From the human T2T-CHM13v2.0 reference genome, Homo sapiens, in the NCBI RefSeq assembly GCF_009914755.1, contig NC_060927.1: a stretch of 64,000 bases of DNA; one strand, written 5' to 3'. Both the position numbers and the translations under genes were made by a program. Shown piece by piece: positions 19,400 through 35,900 of this stretch (position 1 is the first letter of the stretch; each line of letters starts with the position of its first letter). The notes below the pieces were generated by a model, which saw nothing but the letters and a program-made list of their open reading frames with translations, did not search any database and was not told where the DNA came from.

Positions 19400-20370
19400 A
19401 AATTTTAAACCCTGGGACAATCACTAAAAGTTTTTCAAGTATAAATGTTAAGTAAATAGTGGAGATGAAATAGAACCATTAAAATGCTCAATTAAACCCA
19501 TAGAAGGCAGAAAAGGAGGGAAAAAAGAAATAAAGAACAAATAGAAAATAACAAATATGGTAGATTTTAAATACAAGTATATCAATATTCATTTTAATGC
19601 TTAAACATGCCAATTAAAAGACAGTGATTCTAACATTCAATTTTGAAAAAAGCAAGACTCAACTACATGTTGTCTACAGGAAACAAACTTTAAATACAAA
19701 ACTATAGATAAGTTGACAGTAAAAAAAAAAAAGATATAGCTTACAAATGCCAACCAAAAGAAAGCTAGTGTAGCTGTACTAATTTCAACAATGTAGATAT
19801 AAAGGAATATTATTAGAGACAAAGAGTGGCATAACCCAATAATAAAATAATAATAAAGGCATTTCTCAAGAAGACATAATAATGCTAACTGTGTATGTAC
19901 CTAAGACAGCTCTTCAAAATACATGAGACAAAAATTTATAGATCTGAAAGGAGAAATAGACAAATCCACAGCTATATTTGGAAACTTCAAAACTAATCTC
20001 TCTGTAATTGATAGAACAAGTGGGCATGATATTGGTAGCCTGAACCCTATCAACTGATTGACCTAACTGACATATATAGAACAGTCAACACAAGAGTAGC
20101 AGAATGCACACCATTTTTTTAAAAGTGGAAATGGGACACTAATCCAAATGGATTAGAAAAGATCTAAAATCAGTAAGCAAGGCTTACTTAAAACAAGAAG
20201 ATGAAATCAAACCCAAAGCAAGAATAAAGAAAGAAATAAGGATTGTAGCAACTGTCAATAAAATTAAAGACAAAAAGAAAACAGATAATCAATGAAACCA
20301 AAAGAGAGTTCTTTGAAAAGGTTAAAATCAATAAACATCTAGCCAAACTGGCCAAAAAAAAAAAAAAAAA
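19400..20370 (+). mobile_element. Old L1M ORF2 endonuclease-region fragments
   Basis: Degenerate EN motifs (tgttgtctacaggaaacaaac, ggaaacttcaa, gacctaactgacatatatagaaca). Confidence 0.7.
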
Positions 20371-21159
20371 AGGTGAAGTATTGAAAAACTGTCATTTAAC
20401 ACTCCCAAAATAACAAGCATTTTCAGATATGAAAAGTAATCTCAAATCAAAAATTTAAAAATTATGACAGAAATGGGCAACAAAACCTTAGGAAATATGA
20501 AATAAAAATCAACTGACTTCAAGAAAGTAAGTCAATAAAAAGACAAAATCATCTCAAAAATAAAGATAAAATTACAAAGAACAAATGTTCTCATCTAACA
20601 ACCCAATAAGGGTGACTGAGAAAAGGCATGAGAACAACCAATAAAACAAACATGAAATGAAGGAGTTTTTTTAAAAAAAAGCAGAGCAGAAAGTAATAAA
20701 TATAGAAGATCAGCAAAGAAAATATAACAAAAGTTTAATTGAAGTATCTAGAAAGAAGAACAAAGCACTAAACAGAAGTAATATTTAAAATTATAATTGA
20801 GATAGCTTTTTGTAAATAAAAACTCTGAATCTGTATATTTGAAAGACCTACTTTGTGTCTGGGAAAATTGGTAACTCATTTTTTAGGAAATTTCTACTTT
20901 TAAGACAAAGGGGAAAAAAATCTGCTAGGCCAATATGCAAAAACTAGATCATTTATAAAGGAAAAAATATGGGTGGCATCAGAATTCTCACCCACAATGA
21001 AGCATCACAACATATATTAAATATAACAACGAACAAAACAAAGACACTGTAAAATAATATGGCATGGCTGAGCCCACGTCATCAACTATAACCATAAGTT
21101 TAGATAGGCTTAATTCACCTACTAAAATAAAAATATGTTTACTTTTTCTCATCAAAGAA

Positions 21160-22175
21160 CACAATCAACAATATGAAAAGACAACTCACTGAGTGGGGAA
21201 AAATATTTCTAAATTATATATCTCATAAAGGGTGAATATCCAGAAAATGTAAAGAATTCCTACAACTCAACAACAACAACTACAAATAACTGAATTTTTA
21301 AAGTAGGCAGCCAATTTGAATGGACATTTCTTCAAAGAAGATATGCCAGTTAGCCAATTAGCACATGAAACGATGCTCAACATCACCAATCATTAGGAAA
21401 ATGTGAATTAAAACCGTAATGAAAATACCACCTCACATCCATTAGGATGATTACTGTCAAAAACAAAACAAAACAAAAACTAGAAAATAACAAATGTTAG
21501 CAAGAATGTGGAGCAACTGGAACATTTGTGCACTGTTGGTGCAAATTTAAATGATACAGCTTCTGTGGAAAACAGTATGGTGGTTTCTCAAAAAAATTAA
21601 AAGTAGACTTACTATTTGATCTACCAGTTTCACTTCTGGGCATATGCCCAAAAGAAAGGAAAGCAGTGACTTGAGATATGTGTATACTCATATTCATTGA
21701 CACGTTATTCATAAGAGCCAAAAGAAGCAAGCAACTGAATTGTCCTTCAACAGATGACTGGATAAACAAAATGTGGTATATACATCAAATGGAATATGAT
21801 TCAGCTTTGAAAAATAGGGAAATTCTGAACATGCTACAACATGGATGAACCTTGAGAATATTATGCTAAGTGGAGTAAGCCAGGCACAAGAAGACAAATA
21901 CTGTATGATTCCATTTATATAAGGTACCTATACTATCAAATTCACAGAGGCAAAAAGGAGAATGGTGGTTGCCAGAGGTTAAGGAAAAAGGGGATATAAA
22001 GAGTTATTGTTAATGGGTTCAGAGTTTCAGTTAAGGAAGACAAAAAGTTCTGGAGATTAATGGTGGTGATTCTTGCACAACAATGTGAATCTACTTACTG
22101 CCACTGAACTGTACACTGAAAAATAGTTGATTTTAAATTTTATCTTAGTTGTATTTTACTACAATTTAAAAAACT
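21160..22175 (+). mobile_element. Old L1 (L1MB-type) 3' end
   Basis: ORF2 C-terminus plus L1MB-type 3'UTR (gttctggagattaatggtggtgat, ccactgaactgtacac). Confidence 0.8.
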
Positions 22176-24454
22176 ACATTTTCTAGTCTCCCTTACAGGT
22201 AAGTTGGCCATGTTTCCGTGTTCCAGTGAGTGAAAGATGATGGCACATTACATCTGTTGAAATACATATGGAATATTTTTTAATTGGCTATATGTTAAAT
22301 AACAAGGAAAATCTTAATAAATTTTATAAAGTAGGCATGATAAAGCATCTTTTGATGACACTGAAGTACAATAAAATTAATTTAAAAAATAAATGATCTT
22401 CTACTGGTTTATATAAAAACTCTTTTTAAAACAACATAAAATAAAAGGGGAAACAAGTTTGCAGAGTGTGAGATGGGGAGAATCTGCCTCTGAATGCACA
22501 TCTCCACTGGGGAATCTGAAAATCCAGATCACAGGAGAAGGCTTTAACCTTACCTGGAGCTGGAATGGATTTAGGGAATGGTGCAAAATATGAAAGTAGA
22601 AGTAGCATTGAGAAGAGCCATATAGGCATTCTCAGTCTCCAGCTCAAGCCCAGGGAAGCCATCCCTGACTATATCTTACAGGCACCCTGAGGGAAGGCAG
22701 CCAGCAGAATTAGGGAAGAGTCAGGCAGCCAGCAGAATTAGGGAAGAGTCACAGGGTGAAAGAAGCTTCCAGCAGAATCTTGTTTTAATTTATAGTGGGA
22801 ATAAACCCCCTTTAAAAGAATCTGTGGCACAAATGGGAACTGTGGCAGATACGAGCACAGGTGTGGGCACTTGGCATTACAGGAAGATGGGGAGGGGCAT
22901 GGCCTGAAAGCTGTGCTTGCTTTCTCAGTGGGAAAGCTTATGACCTGGGGCAGGTGCTCACCAAAGGATACCTCCCCACATCAACTGAGTAAATTAAAAA
23001 CTGGAGAAAAAGAAAATAAATAAATAAATTGTACACCATGAGAGAACGAGATAAGCTTCAAGAGATCCCTGCCATTCCAATTCCATAGGAGACAGTGAAC
23101 TCACCCACACACCAAGAACATAACTACAATAACCAACATCAGGAAAAGCCAGTGCACAGAGACTTTATAACTAAGGAACTGATACAAAGTCTTCACCTCT
23201 AAAGCATAAAAAATCAAAATAGGCAAAAATAAACATAAAAGTATGATCCATAAGAGGGAAAAAAAGTAATTCTAAGCAAAAAATACCGTACATAAACAGT
23301 CCAGTCAAAAATTCAAAAACAATTTGAAGACATAATCTACCCAAATGAGAAGGAACCAAGAAGTAATTCTGATAATATGACAAAACAGGGTTCTCTAATA
23401 CCCCTAAATGATCACACTAGCTCTCCAGCAATGGATCCAACCCAAGAAGAAATCTCTGAACTGCCAGATAAAGAATTCAGATTGATTATTGAGCTACTCA
23501 AGGAAATACCAGAGAAAGGTGAAAACGAACTTAAAGAAATTAAAAAATATATGTAGGATATGGATGAAAAATTTTCCAGATAAATAGATATCATAAAGAA
23601 AAAACAATCACAACTTCTGGAAATGAAAGACACACTTAGGGAAATACAAAATACAGTAGAAAGTTTCAACAACAGACTAGAACAAGTAGAAGAAAGAACT
23701 TCAGAGCTTGAAGACAAGGCTTTCGAATTAACCCAATCAGACAAAAACAAAGAAAAAAGAATTTTAAAAGATGAACCAAGTCTCCAAGAAATATAGGATC
23801 ATGTGAAATGGCCAAACCTAAGAATAATTGGTGTTCCTGAGGAAGAATAGAAATAAAAAGTTTGGAAAATTTATTTGAAGGAATAATTGAGGAAAACTTT
23901 CCCGGCCTTACTAGAGATCTAGACATCCAAATACAAGAAGCTCAAAGAACTCCTGGGAAATTCATCACAAAAAAGATCATCACCAAGGCACATAGTCATC
24001 AGGTGGTCCAAAGTCAAGATGAAGGAAAGAATCTTGAGAGCTGTGAGACAAAAGTATCAGGTAACCCATAAAGGAAAACCTGTCAGATTAGCAGCAGATT
24101 TGTCAGCAGAAACTTTACAAGCCAGAAGGAACTGGGGTCCCATCTTTAGCCTACTTAAACAAAATACTTGTTAGCCAAGAATTTGGTATCCAGCAAAACT
24201 AAGCTTCATTAATGAAGGAGAGACGTAAAGTCTTTTTCAAACAAATGCTAAGAGAATTTGCCACTACTACACCAGCAGTACTGGAAATGCTAAAAGGAGT
24301 TTTGAATCTTGAAACAAAACCTCAAAATACACCAAAATAGAAACTCCTTAAACCGTGAAGCTCATAGGGCCTATAAAACAATAATACAATGAAAAAACAA
24401 ACAAACAATGTATTTAGGCAATAACTTACATAATGAATAGAACAGTACCTCACC

Positions 24455-24866
24455 AGCTGGGCACAGTGGCTCAGGCCTGTAATACCAGCACTTTGGGCAG
24501 GCCGAGGCAGGTGGATCACTTGAGTTCAGCGGTTCAAGACCAGCCTGACCAACATGGTGAAACCCCGTCTCTACTGAAAATGCAAAATTAGCTAGGCATG
24601 GTAGCTCATGCCTGTAATCTCAGCTACTTGGGAGGCTGAGGCAGGAGAATCACTTGAACCTAGGAGGTGCGGTTGCAGTGAGCCAAAATCGTGCCATTGC
24701 ACTCCAGCCTGGACAACAAGAGTGAAACTCTGACTTGAAAAGAAAAAGAAGAGAAGACAAGAGAAGAGAAGAGAAAAGAAAAGAAAGAGAAAGAGAAAAG
24801 AAGAGAAGAGAAAAGAAGCAGAGGGTAAGGGAGGGAAGGGGAGGGGAGAAGGAAAGGAAGAAAGGA
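24455..24866 (+). mobile_element. AluS-type element with tail expanded into a purine microsatellite
   Basis: Alu dimer; TSD aacagtacctcac (24441-24453 and 24867-24879). Confidence 0.88.
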
Positions 24867-25313
24867 AACAGTACCTCACATCTCAGTACTAACATTGAAT
24901 GTAAATGGCCTGAGATTGTGCCATTGCACTCCAGCCTGGGCAACAAGAGTGAAACTCTGTCTTGAAAAGAAAAGAAGAAAACAAAAGAAGAGAAAAGAAG
25001 AGAAGAGAGGAGAAAAGAGGGGAGGGGGAGGGGAGGGGAGAGGAGAGGAGGGAACAGTATCTCACGTCTCAGTACTAACATTGAATGTAAATGGCCTGAA
25101 CCTGGGAGGTGGAGGTATCAGTTAGCTGAGATCGTGCCATTCCACTCCAGCCTGGGCAACAAGAGTGAAACTCCATCAAGAAAAGAAAAGTAAAGAGAGG
25201 AGAGGAGAGGAGAGGAGTAGTACCTCACATCTCAATACTAACATTGAATGTAAATGGCCTAAGGGCCCCACTTAAAGATACAAAATGGCAGAATGGATAA
25301 AACCTCACCAACC

Positions 25314-25645
25314 GGCTGGGCGCAGTGGCTAACGCCTGTAATCCCAGCACTTTGGGAGACCAAGGTGGGCAGATCACTTGAGATCAGGAGTTCAAGACCA
25401 ACCTGGCCAACATGGTGAAACCCCTTCTCTACTAAAAATGCAAAAATTAGCTGGGCATGGTCGTAGATGCCTGTAGTCCCACCTACTGGAGAGGATGAGG
25501 CAGGAGAATTGCTTGAACCCAAGAGGCAGTTGGAGGCTTCAGTGAGCTGAGATTGTGCCACTGCACTCCAGCCTGGGCGATAGAATGAGACCCTATCTCA
25601 AAGAAAACAAAAAACAAACAAAAACAAACAAACAAACAAAAAACA
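25314..25645 (+). mobile_element. AluS-type element with (CAAA)n tail
   Basis: Alu dimer inserted in L1PB ORF2. Confidence 0.88.
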
Positions 25646-27409
25646 ACCAAGTGTTCACCATCTTTAAGAGATTCACCTAACACATAAGGACTCACATAAA
25701 CTTCAGGTAAAGGGGTGGAAAAACATATTCCATGCAAATGTAAACCAAAAGCAAACAGGAGTAGCTATTCTTATATCAGACAACATAGACATTAAAGCAA
25801 CAACAGTTAAAAAAAAAAAAAAGAAGGAAAATACTACAATCCTAAATATATATGTACCTAACACTGGTGCTCCAAAATTTATGAAACAATTACTACTAGA
25901 CCTAAGAAATGAGAGAGATGGCAACACAGTAATGGTGGGAGACTTCAATACTCCACTGACAGCACTACACAGATCATCAAGACAGAAAGACATCAAAGAA
26001 ACAGTAGACTTAAACTATATGCTAGACCAAGTGGACTTAACACATATTTACAGAACATTCAACCCAAGTGCAGAATATACATTCTTCTCATCAGCACGTG
26101 GAACATTCTCCAAGATAGACCATATGATAGGCCACAAAATAAGTCTCAATAAATTTAAGAAAATCTAAATCATATAAAGTATAGTCTTAGACTATGGTGG
26201 AATAAAACTGGAAATTTATTTTAAAAGGAATCCTCAACATTAACAAATACATGGAAATTAAATAATCTGCTCTTGAATTATCTTTGGGTTATTAAGGAAA
26301 TCAAGATTTAAATTTAGAAATTATTTAAACTAAATGATAATCATTACACAACTTATCAAGACCTTTGGGATAAAGCAAAGCTGTGCTAATAGAAAAAGCT
26401 TACAGCATTAAATGCCTAAATCAAAAAGTCTGAAAGAGCACATCTCAAGGAACTACAGAAACAAGAACAAACTAAATCCAAACCCAGCAGAAGAAAAGAA
26501 GTAACAAAGATCAGTGCAGAACTAAATGAAATTGAAGCAAAAAATATGCAAAAGATAAATGAAACAAAAAGCTGGTTCTTTGAAAAGATACACAAAATTG
26601 ATAGACCATTAGTTAGATTAACCAAGAAAACAAGAGAGAGCATCCAAACAAGCTGAATTAGAAATGAAAGGAGAGATATTACAACCGATACCTTAGAAAA
26701 ACAAAAGATCATTCAAGGCTACTATTAATGACAGACCAATATCCCTGATGAACATAGATGCAAAAATCCTTAACAAAATACTAGCTAACCGAATTTAACA
26801 GCATATCAAAAAGATTACACATCATAATCAAGTGAGTTTCATACCAGTGATGCAGGGATAGCTTAACATACATGGGTGAATACATGTGATACATCACATA
26901 AACAGAATTTAAAACAAAAATTGGTGGGGAAAAAGTACTTGACAAAATCCAGCATCCCATTAATATGAAAACACTCACAAAATTGGCATAGAAAGGACAT
27001 ATGTCAAAGTAATAAAAGCCGTCTAAGACAAACCCACAGTCAACGTCATACTGAATAGGGAAAAGATGAAAGCATTCGCCCTGAAAACTAGAACAATACA
27101 AGGATGCCCACTTTCACCACTTCTAGTCAGCATAATACCGGAAGTCATAGACAAAGCAATCAGACAAGAGAATAAAATGAAAGGCATCCAAATTGGAAAA
27201 GAGGAACTCAAACTGTTGCTGGACACCAATGATATGATTGTATACCTAGAAAACCGTAAAGACTAATCCAGAAAGTTCCTAGATTTGATAAATGAATCAG
27301 TAAAGTTTCAGGACAAAACAAATCAGTGTACACAAATCAGTAGCACTGATATACACCAACAGTGACCAAGCTGAGAATCAGATCAAGAACACAGCCCCTT
27401 TTACAACAG

Positions 27410-27589
27410 CAAGCAAGCAAGAAAAAGAGAGAAAGAAAAATTGAAAGAAAGGAAGAAAGAAAGAAAGAGAAAGGAAAAGAAAGGAAGGGAGGGAGGAAGG
27501 AAAGAAAGAAAAAAGAAAGAAAGAAGGAAGGGAGGGAGGGAGGAAGGAAGCAAGGAAGGGCAAGGAAACGAAAGCAAGGAAAGAGAAAG
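27410..27589. repeat. (GAAA)n/(GGAA)n polypurine tract
   Basis: ~180 bp almost pure A/G. Confidence 0.9.
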
Positions 27590-29009
27590 TCTCCTCAAGT
27601 AGGTCCCTGACCCCTGTGCCTCCTGACTGGGAGACAGCTTCCAGCAGGGGTTGACAGACACCTCATACAGGAGAGCTCCAGCTGGCATCTGGCAAGTGCC
27701 CACTAAGATGAAGCTTCCACAGGAAGGAAGAGACAGCTATCTTTGCTGTTCTGCAGCCTCCGCTGGTGATACCCAGGCAAACAGGGTCTGGAATGGACCT
27801 CCAGCAAACTCCAGCAGACCTGGAGAAGAGGGGCCTGGCTGTTAGAAGGAAAACTACAAGCAGAAAGGAATAGCATCGACACCAACAAAAAGGATGTACA
27901 CCCAAAAACCCCATACAAAGGTCACCAACATCAAGGACCAAAGGTAGATAAATCCATGAAGATGAGAAAAAAACAGTGCAAAAAGGCTGAAAATTCAATA
28001 AACCAGAATGCCTCTTCTCCTCCAAAGGTTCACAACTCCCTACCAGCAAGGGAACAAAACTGGACAGAGAATGAGTTTGATGAACCGACAGAAGTAGGCT
28101 TCAGAAGATGGGTAATAACAAACTCCTCCAAGCTAAAGGAGCATGTTCTAACCCAATGTAAGGAAGTTAAGAACCTTGAAAAAAGGTTAGAGAAATTGCT
28201 AACTAGAATAACCAGTTTAGAGAAGAACATACATGGCCTGATGGAGCTGAAAAACACAGCACAAGAACTTCATGAAGCATACACAAATATCAATATCCAA
28301 ATAGATCAAGCAGAAGACAGGATATCAGAGATTGAAGATCACCTTAATGAAATAAAGTGTGAAGACAAGATTAGAGAAAGCAGAATGAAAAGAAATGAAC
28401 AAAGCCTCCAAGAAATACGGGACTGTGTGAAAAGACCAAATCTACATTTGATTGGTGTACCTGAAAGTGATGGGGAGAATGGAACCAAGTTGGAAAACAC
28501 TCTTCAGGATATTATCCAGGAGAACTTCCCCAACCTAGCAAGACAGGCCAACATTCAAATTCAAGAAATACAGAGAACACCACAAAGATACTCCTCGAGA
28601 AAAGCAAACCCAAGACACACAATTGTCTGATTCGCCAAGGTTGAAATGAAAGAAAAAATGTTAAGGGCAGCCAGAGAGAAAGGTCAGGTTACCCAGAAAG
28701 GAAAGCCTATCGGACTAACAGCAGATCTCTCAGCAGAAACCCTACAAGCCAAAAGAGAGTGGGGACCAATATTCAACATTCTTAAAGAAAAGAATTTTCA
28801 ACCCAGAATTTCATATCCAGCCAAATAGTTTCATAAGCAAAGGAGAAATAAAATCCTTTACAGACAAGCAAATGCTGATATTGCCACCACCAGGCCTGCT
28901 TTACAAGAGCTCCTGAAAGAAGCACTGAACATGGAAAGGAAAAACCACTCCTGGCCACTGCAAAAACATACCAGATTTTAAAGACCATCGACACTCTGAA
29001 GAAACTGCA

Positions 29010-31484
<2,475 letters not shown>

Positions 31485-32444
31485 AAACTGCATCAACTAA
31501 CAGGCAAAATAATCAGCTAGCATCATAAAGACATGATCAAATTCACACATAACAATGTTAACCTTAAATGTAAATGGGCTAAATGTCCCAATTAAAAGAC
31601 ATAGTCTGGCAAATTGGATAAAGAGTCAAGGCCCATTGGTGTTCAGTATTCAGGAGACCCATCTCATGTGCAAAAACATACATAGGCTCAAAATAAAGGG
31701 ATGGAGGAATATTTACCAAGCAAATGGAAAGAAAAAAAAAAAGCAGCGGTTGCAATCCTACTCTCTGATAAAACAGACTTTAAACCAACAAAGAGACAGA
31801 GAAGGGCATTACATAATGGTAAATGGATCACTGAAAGAAGAAGAGCTAACTATCTTAAATATATATGCACCGAATGCAGGAGTACCCGGATTCATAAAGT
31901 AAATTCTTAGATACTTACAAAGAGACTTAGACTCCCACACAATGTTAGTGGGAAAATTTAACACTCTACTGTCAGTAACAGACAGATCATCAAGAGAGAA
32001 AATTAACAAGGATATCCAGGACTTGAACTCAGCTCTGCACCAAGTGGACCTAATAGACATCTACAGAACTCTCCACCCCAAATCAATAGAATATACATTC
32101 TTCTCAGCACCGCATCACACTTACTCCCATATTGACCACATAGTTGAAAGTAAAGCACTCCTCAGCAAATGTAAAAGAATAGAAATCACAACAAACTGTC
32201 TCTCAGAACACAGTGCAATCAAATTAGAACTCAGAATTAAGAAACTCACTCAAAACTGCTCAACTACATGGAAACTGAACAACCTGCTCCTGAATGACTA
32301 CTGAGTAATTAACGAAATGAAGGCAAAGCCTTCATTCATACCAAAGCCTGGTAGAGACACAGCAAAAAAAAAAAAAAGACTTTTAGACCAATATCCCTGA
32401 TGAACATCGATGTGAAAATCCTCAATAAAATACTGGCAAACTGA

Positions 32445-32942
<498 letters not shown>

Positions 32943-32964
32943 TAATCTCCTTAAGCTGATAAGC

Positions 32965-35900
32965 TCATTGTAGATTCTGGATATTAGCCCTTTGTCAGAT
33001 GAGTAGGTTGCAAAAATTTTCTCCCATTCTTTAAGTTTCCTATTCACTGTGATGGCAGTTTCTTTTGCTGTGCAGAAGCTCTTTAGTTTAATTAGATCCC
33101 ATTTGTCAATTTTGGCTTTTGTTGCCATTGCTTTTGGTGTTTTAAACATGAAGTCCTTGCCCATGCCTATGTCCTGAATGGTATTGCCTAGGTTTTCTTC
33201 TAGGGTTTTTACTGTTTTAGGTCTAACATTTAAGTCTTTAATCCATCTTGAATTAATTTTTGTATAAAGTGTAAGGAAGGGATCCAGTTTCAGCTTTCTA
33301 CAGATGGCTAGCCAGATTCCCCAGCACCATTTATTAAACAGGGAATCCTTTCCTCATTTCTTGCTTTTGTCAGGTTTGTCAAAGATCAGATGGTTGTAGA
33401 TGTGTGGTATTATTTCTGAGGGCTCTATTCTGTTCCATTGGTCTATATCTCTGTTTTGGAACCAGTACCATGCTGTTTTGGTTACTGTAGCCTTGTAGTA
33501 TAGTTTGAAGTCAGGTAGCGTGATGCCTCCAGCTTTTTTCTTTTGACTTCAGAATGTCTTGACAATGCGGGCTTTTTTTGGTTCCATATGAACTTTAAAA
33601 TAGTTTTTTTTATTTGTTTGTTATTTGATTCCCTTTATTACATTAAATTATACATTTGACTCATTTTTCCATAATGAATAATTTGCGTGTGAATAAAATG
33701 ACCAACTTAAAATAAACAAATAAAAAGTATGTATTCACTAACAGTTATATTATAAATAAGTACATTCATAATCAATCTCTCATTATTCCTGTCCCTCTCT
33801 TTCATAGAAAGCACTTATAAGTGTAATCGATTATATCTTTAAGCATCTTGGCATTCTGAGGTTTATAGATTAATTGGGGAAAACTGTCCATTTTAATAAG
33901 CTTTGGTTTTTTGTCCCTTTTTTTTTTAATTTTTTTAGTATTTATTGATCATTCTTGGGTGTTTCTCGGAGAGGGGGATTTGGTAGGTTCATAGGACAAT
34001 AGTGGAGGGAAGGTCAGCAGATAAACATGTGAACAAAGTCTCTGGTTTTCCTAGGCAGAGGGCCCTGCGGCCTTCCGCAGTGTTTGTGTCCCTGGGAACT
34101 AGGGATTAGGGAGTGGTGATGACTCTTAGCGAGCATGCTGCCTTCAAGCATCTGTTTAACAAAGCACATCTTGCACCACCCTTAATCCATTTAACCCTTA
34201 GTGGACACAGCACGTTTCAGAGAGCACGGGGTTGGGGGTAAGGTTATAGATTAACAGCATCCCAAGGCAGAAGAATTTTTCTTAGTACAGAACAAAATGG
34301 AGTCTCCTATGTCTACCCCCTTCAACACAGACACAGTAACAATCCGATCTCTCTTTCTTTTCCCCACATTTCCCCCTTTTCTATTCGACAAAACCGCCAT
34401 CGTCATCATGGCCCCTTCTCAATGAGCTGTTGGGTACACCTCCCAGATGGGGTGGCGGCCGGGCACAGGGGCTCCTCACTTCCCAGACGGGGCAGCCAGG
34501 CAGAGGCACCCCCCACCTCCCAGATGGGGTGGCTGGCTGGGCGGCAGCTGCCCCCCACCTCCCTGACGGGGCGGCTGGCCGGGCGGGGGCTGCCCCCCAC
34601 CTCCCGGATGGGGCAGCTGGCCGGGCGGGGGCTGCCCCCCACCTCCCGGATGGGGCAGCTGCCGGGCGGAGGGGCTCCTCAATTCCCAGATGGGGCGGCT
34701 GCTGGGCGGAGGGGCTCCTCACTTCTCAGACGGGGCGGCCAGTCAGAGATGCTCCTCACCTCCCAGACGGGGTGGCGGCGGGGCAGAGACACTCCTCAGT
34801 TCCCAGACGGGGTCGCGGCCGGGCAGAGGAGCTCTTCATATCTCAGACGGGGCGGCGGGGCAGAGGTGCTCCCCACATCCCAGACGATGGGCGGCTGGGC
34901 AGAGACGCTCCTCACTTCCTAGACGGGATGACTGCTGGGAAGAGGCGCTCCTCACTTCCCAGACTGGGTGGCCAGGCAGAGGGGCTCCTCACATCCCAGA
35001 CGATGGGCGGCCAGGCAGAGACACTCCTCACTTTCTAGACAGGGTGGCGGCCGGGCAGAGGCTGCAATCTCGGCACTTTGGGAGGCCAAGGCAGGCGGCT
35101 GGGAGGTGGAGGTTGTAGCGAGCCGAGATCACGCCACTGCACTCCAGCCTGGGCAACATTGAACACTGAGTGAGCGAGACTCCCTCTGCAATCCTGGCAC
35201 CTCGGGAGGCTGAGGCTGGCAGATCACTCGCGGTCAGGAGCTGGAGACCAGCCCGGCCAACACGGCGAAACCCTGTCTCCACCAAAAAATATGAAAACCA
35301 GTCAGGCGTGGAGGCGCACGCCTGCAATCCCAGGCATTCGGCAGGCTGAGGCAGGAGAATCAGGCAGGGAGTTTGCAGTGAGTCGAGATAGCTGCAATAC
35401 AGTCCAGCCTCGGCTGGGCATCAGAGGGAGACTGTGCAAAGGGGAGAGGGAGAGGGAGAGGGAGAGGGATAGGGAGATAGTTTTTTTTTCCAATTCTGTG
35501 AAGAAAGTCATTGGTAGCTTGATGGGGATGGCATTGATTTTCACAATATTGATTCTTCCTATCCGTGAGCATGGAATGTTCTTCCATTTGAAGAATTCTC
35601 CAACCCGAATGTCCATCAGTGATAGACTGGATTAAGAAAATGTGGCACATATACACCATGGAATACTATGCAGCCATATAAAAGGATGAGTTCTTGTCCT
35701 TTGCAGGGACATGGATGAAGCTGGAAACCATCACTCAGCAAATTATTGCAAGGACAGAAAACCAAACACAGCACGTTCTCACTCATAGGTGGGAATTGAA
35801 CAATGAGAACACTGGGACACAGGGTGGGGAACATCACACACAGGGGCCTGTTTTGGGGTGGGGGATGGGGGGAGGGATAGCATTGGGAGATATACCTAAT

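Larger units (their letters stand above)
22460..27410 (+). mobile_element. L1PB-type element (part of 5'UTR, ORF1, partial ORF2 with internal deletions), interrupted by Alus
   Basis: ORF1 peptide ENLFEGIIEENFPGL, ORF2 EN peptide VGDFNTPLTAL; ends abruptly in a purine microsatellite. Confidence 0.82.

Noticed and set aside
24867-25260. CRISPR-like repeat-spacer array
   Set aside because: Eukaryotic DNA; the repeats are L1 sequence and the spacers are Alu tails
27956-28630. 224-aa L1 ORF1 as a functional or domesticated gene
   Set aside because: Premature stop at 28630; the element is fragmented by insertions
34381-35118. Several overlapping 100-200 aa Pro/Gly/Arg-rich ORFs
   Set aside because: Stop-poor GC-rich SVA VNTR
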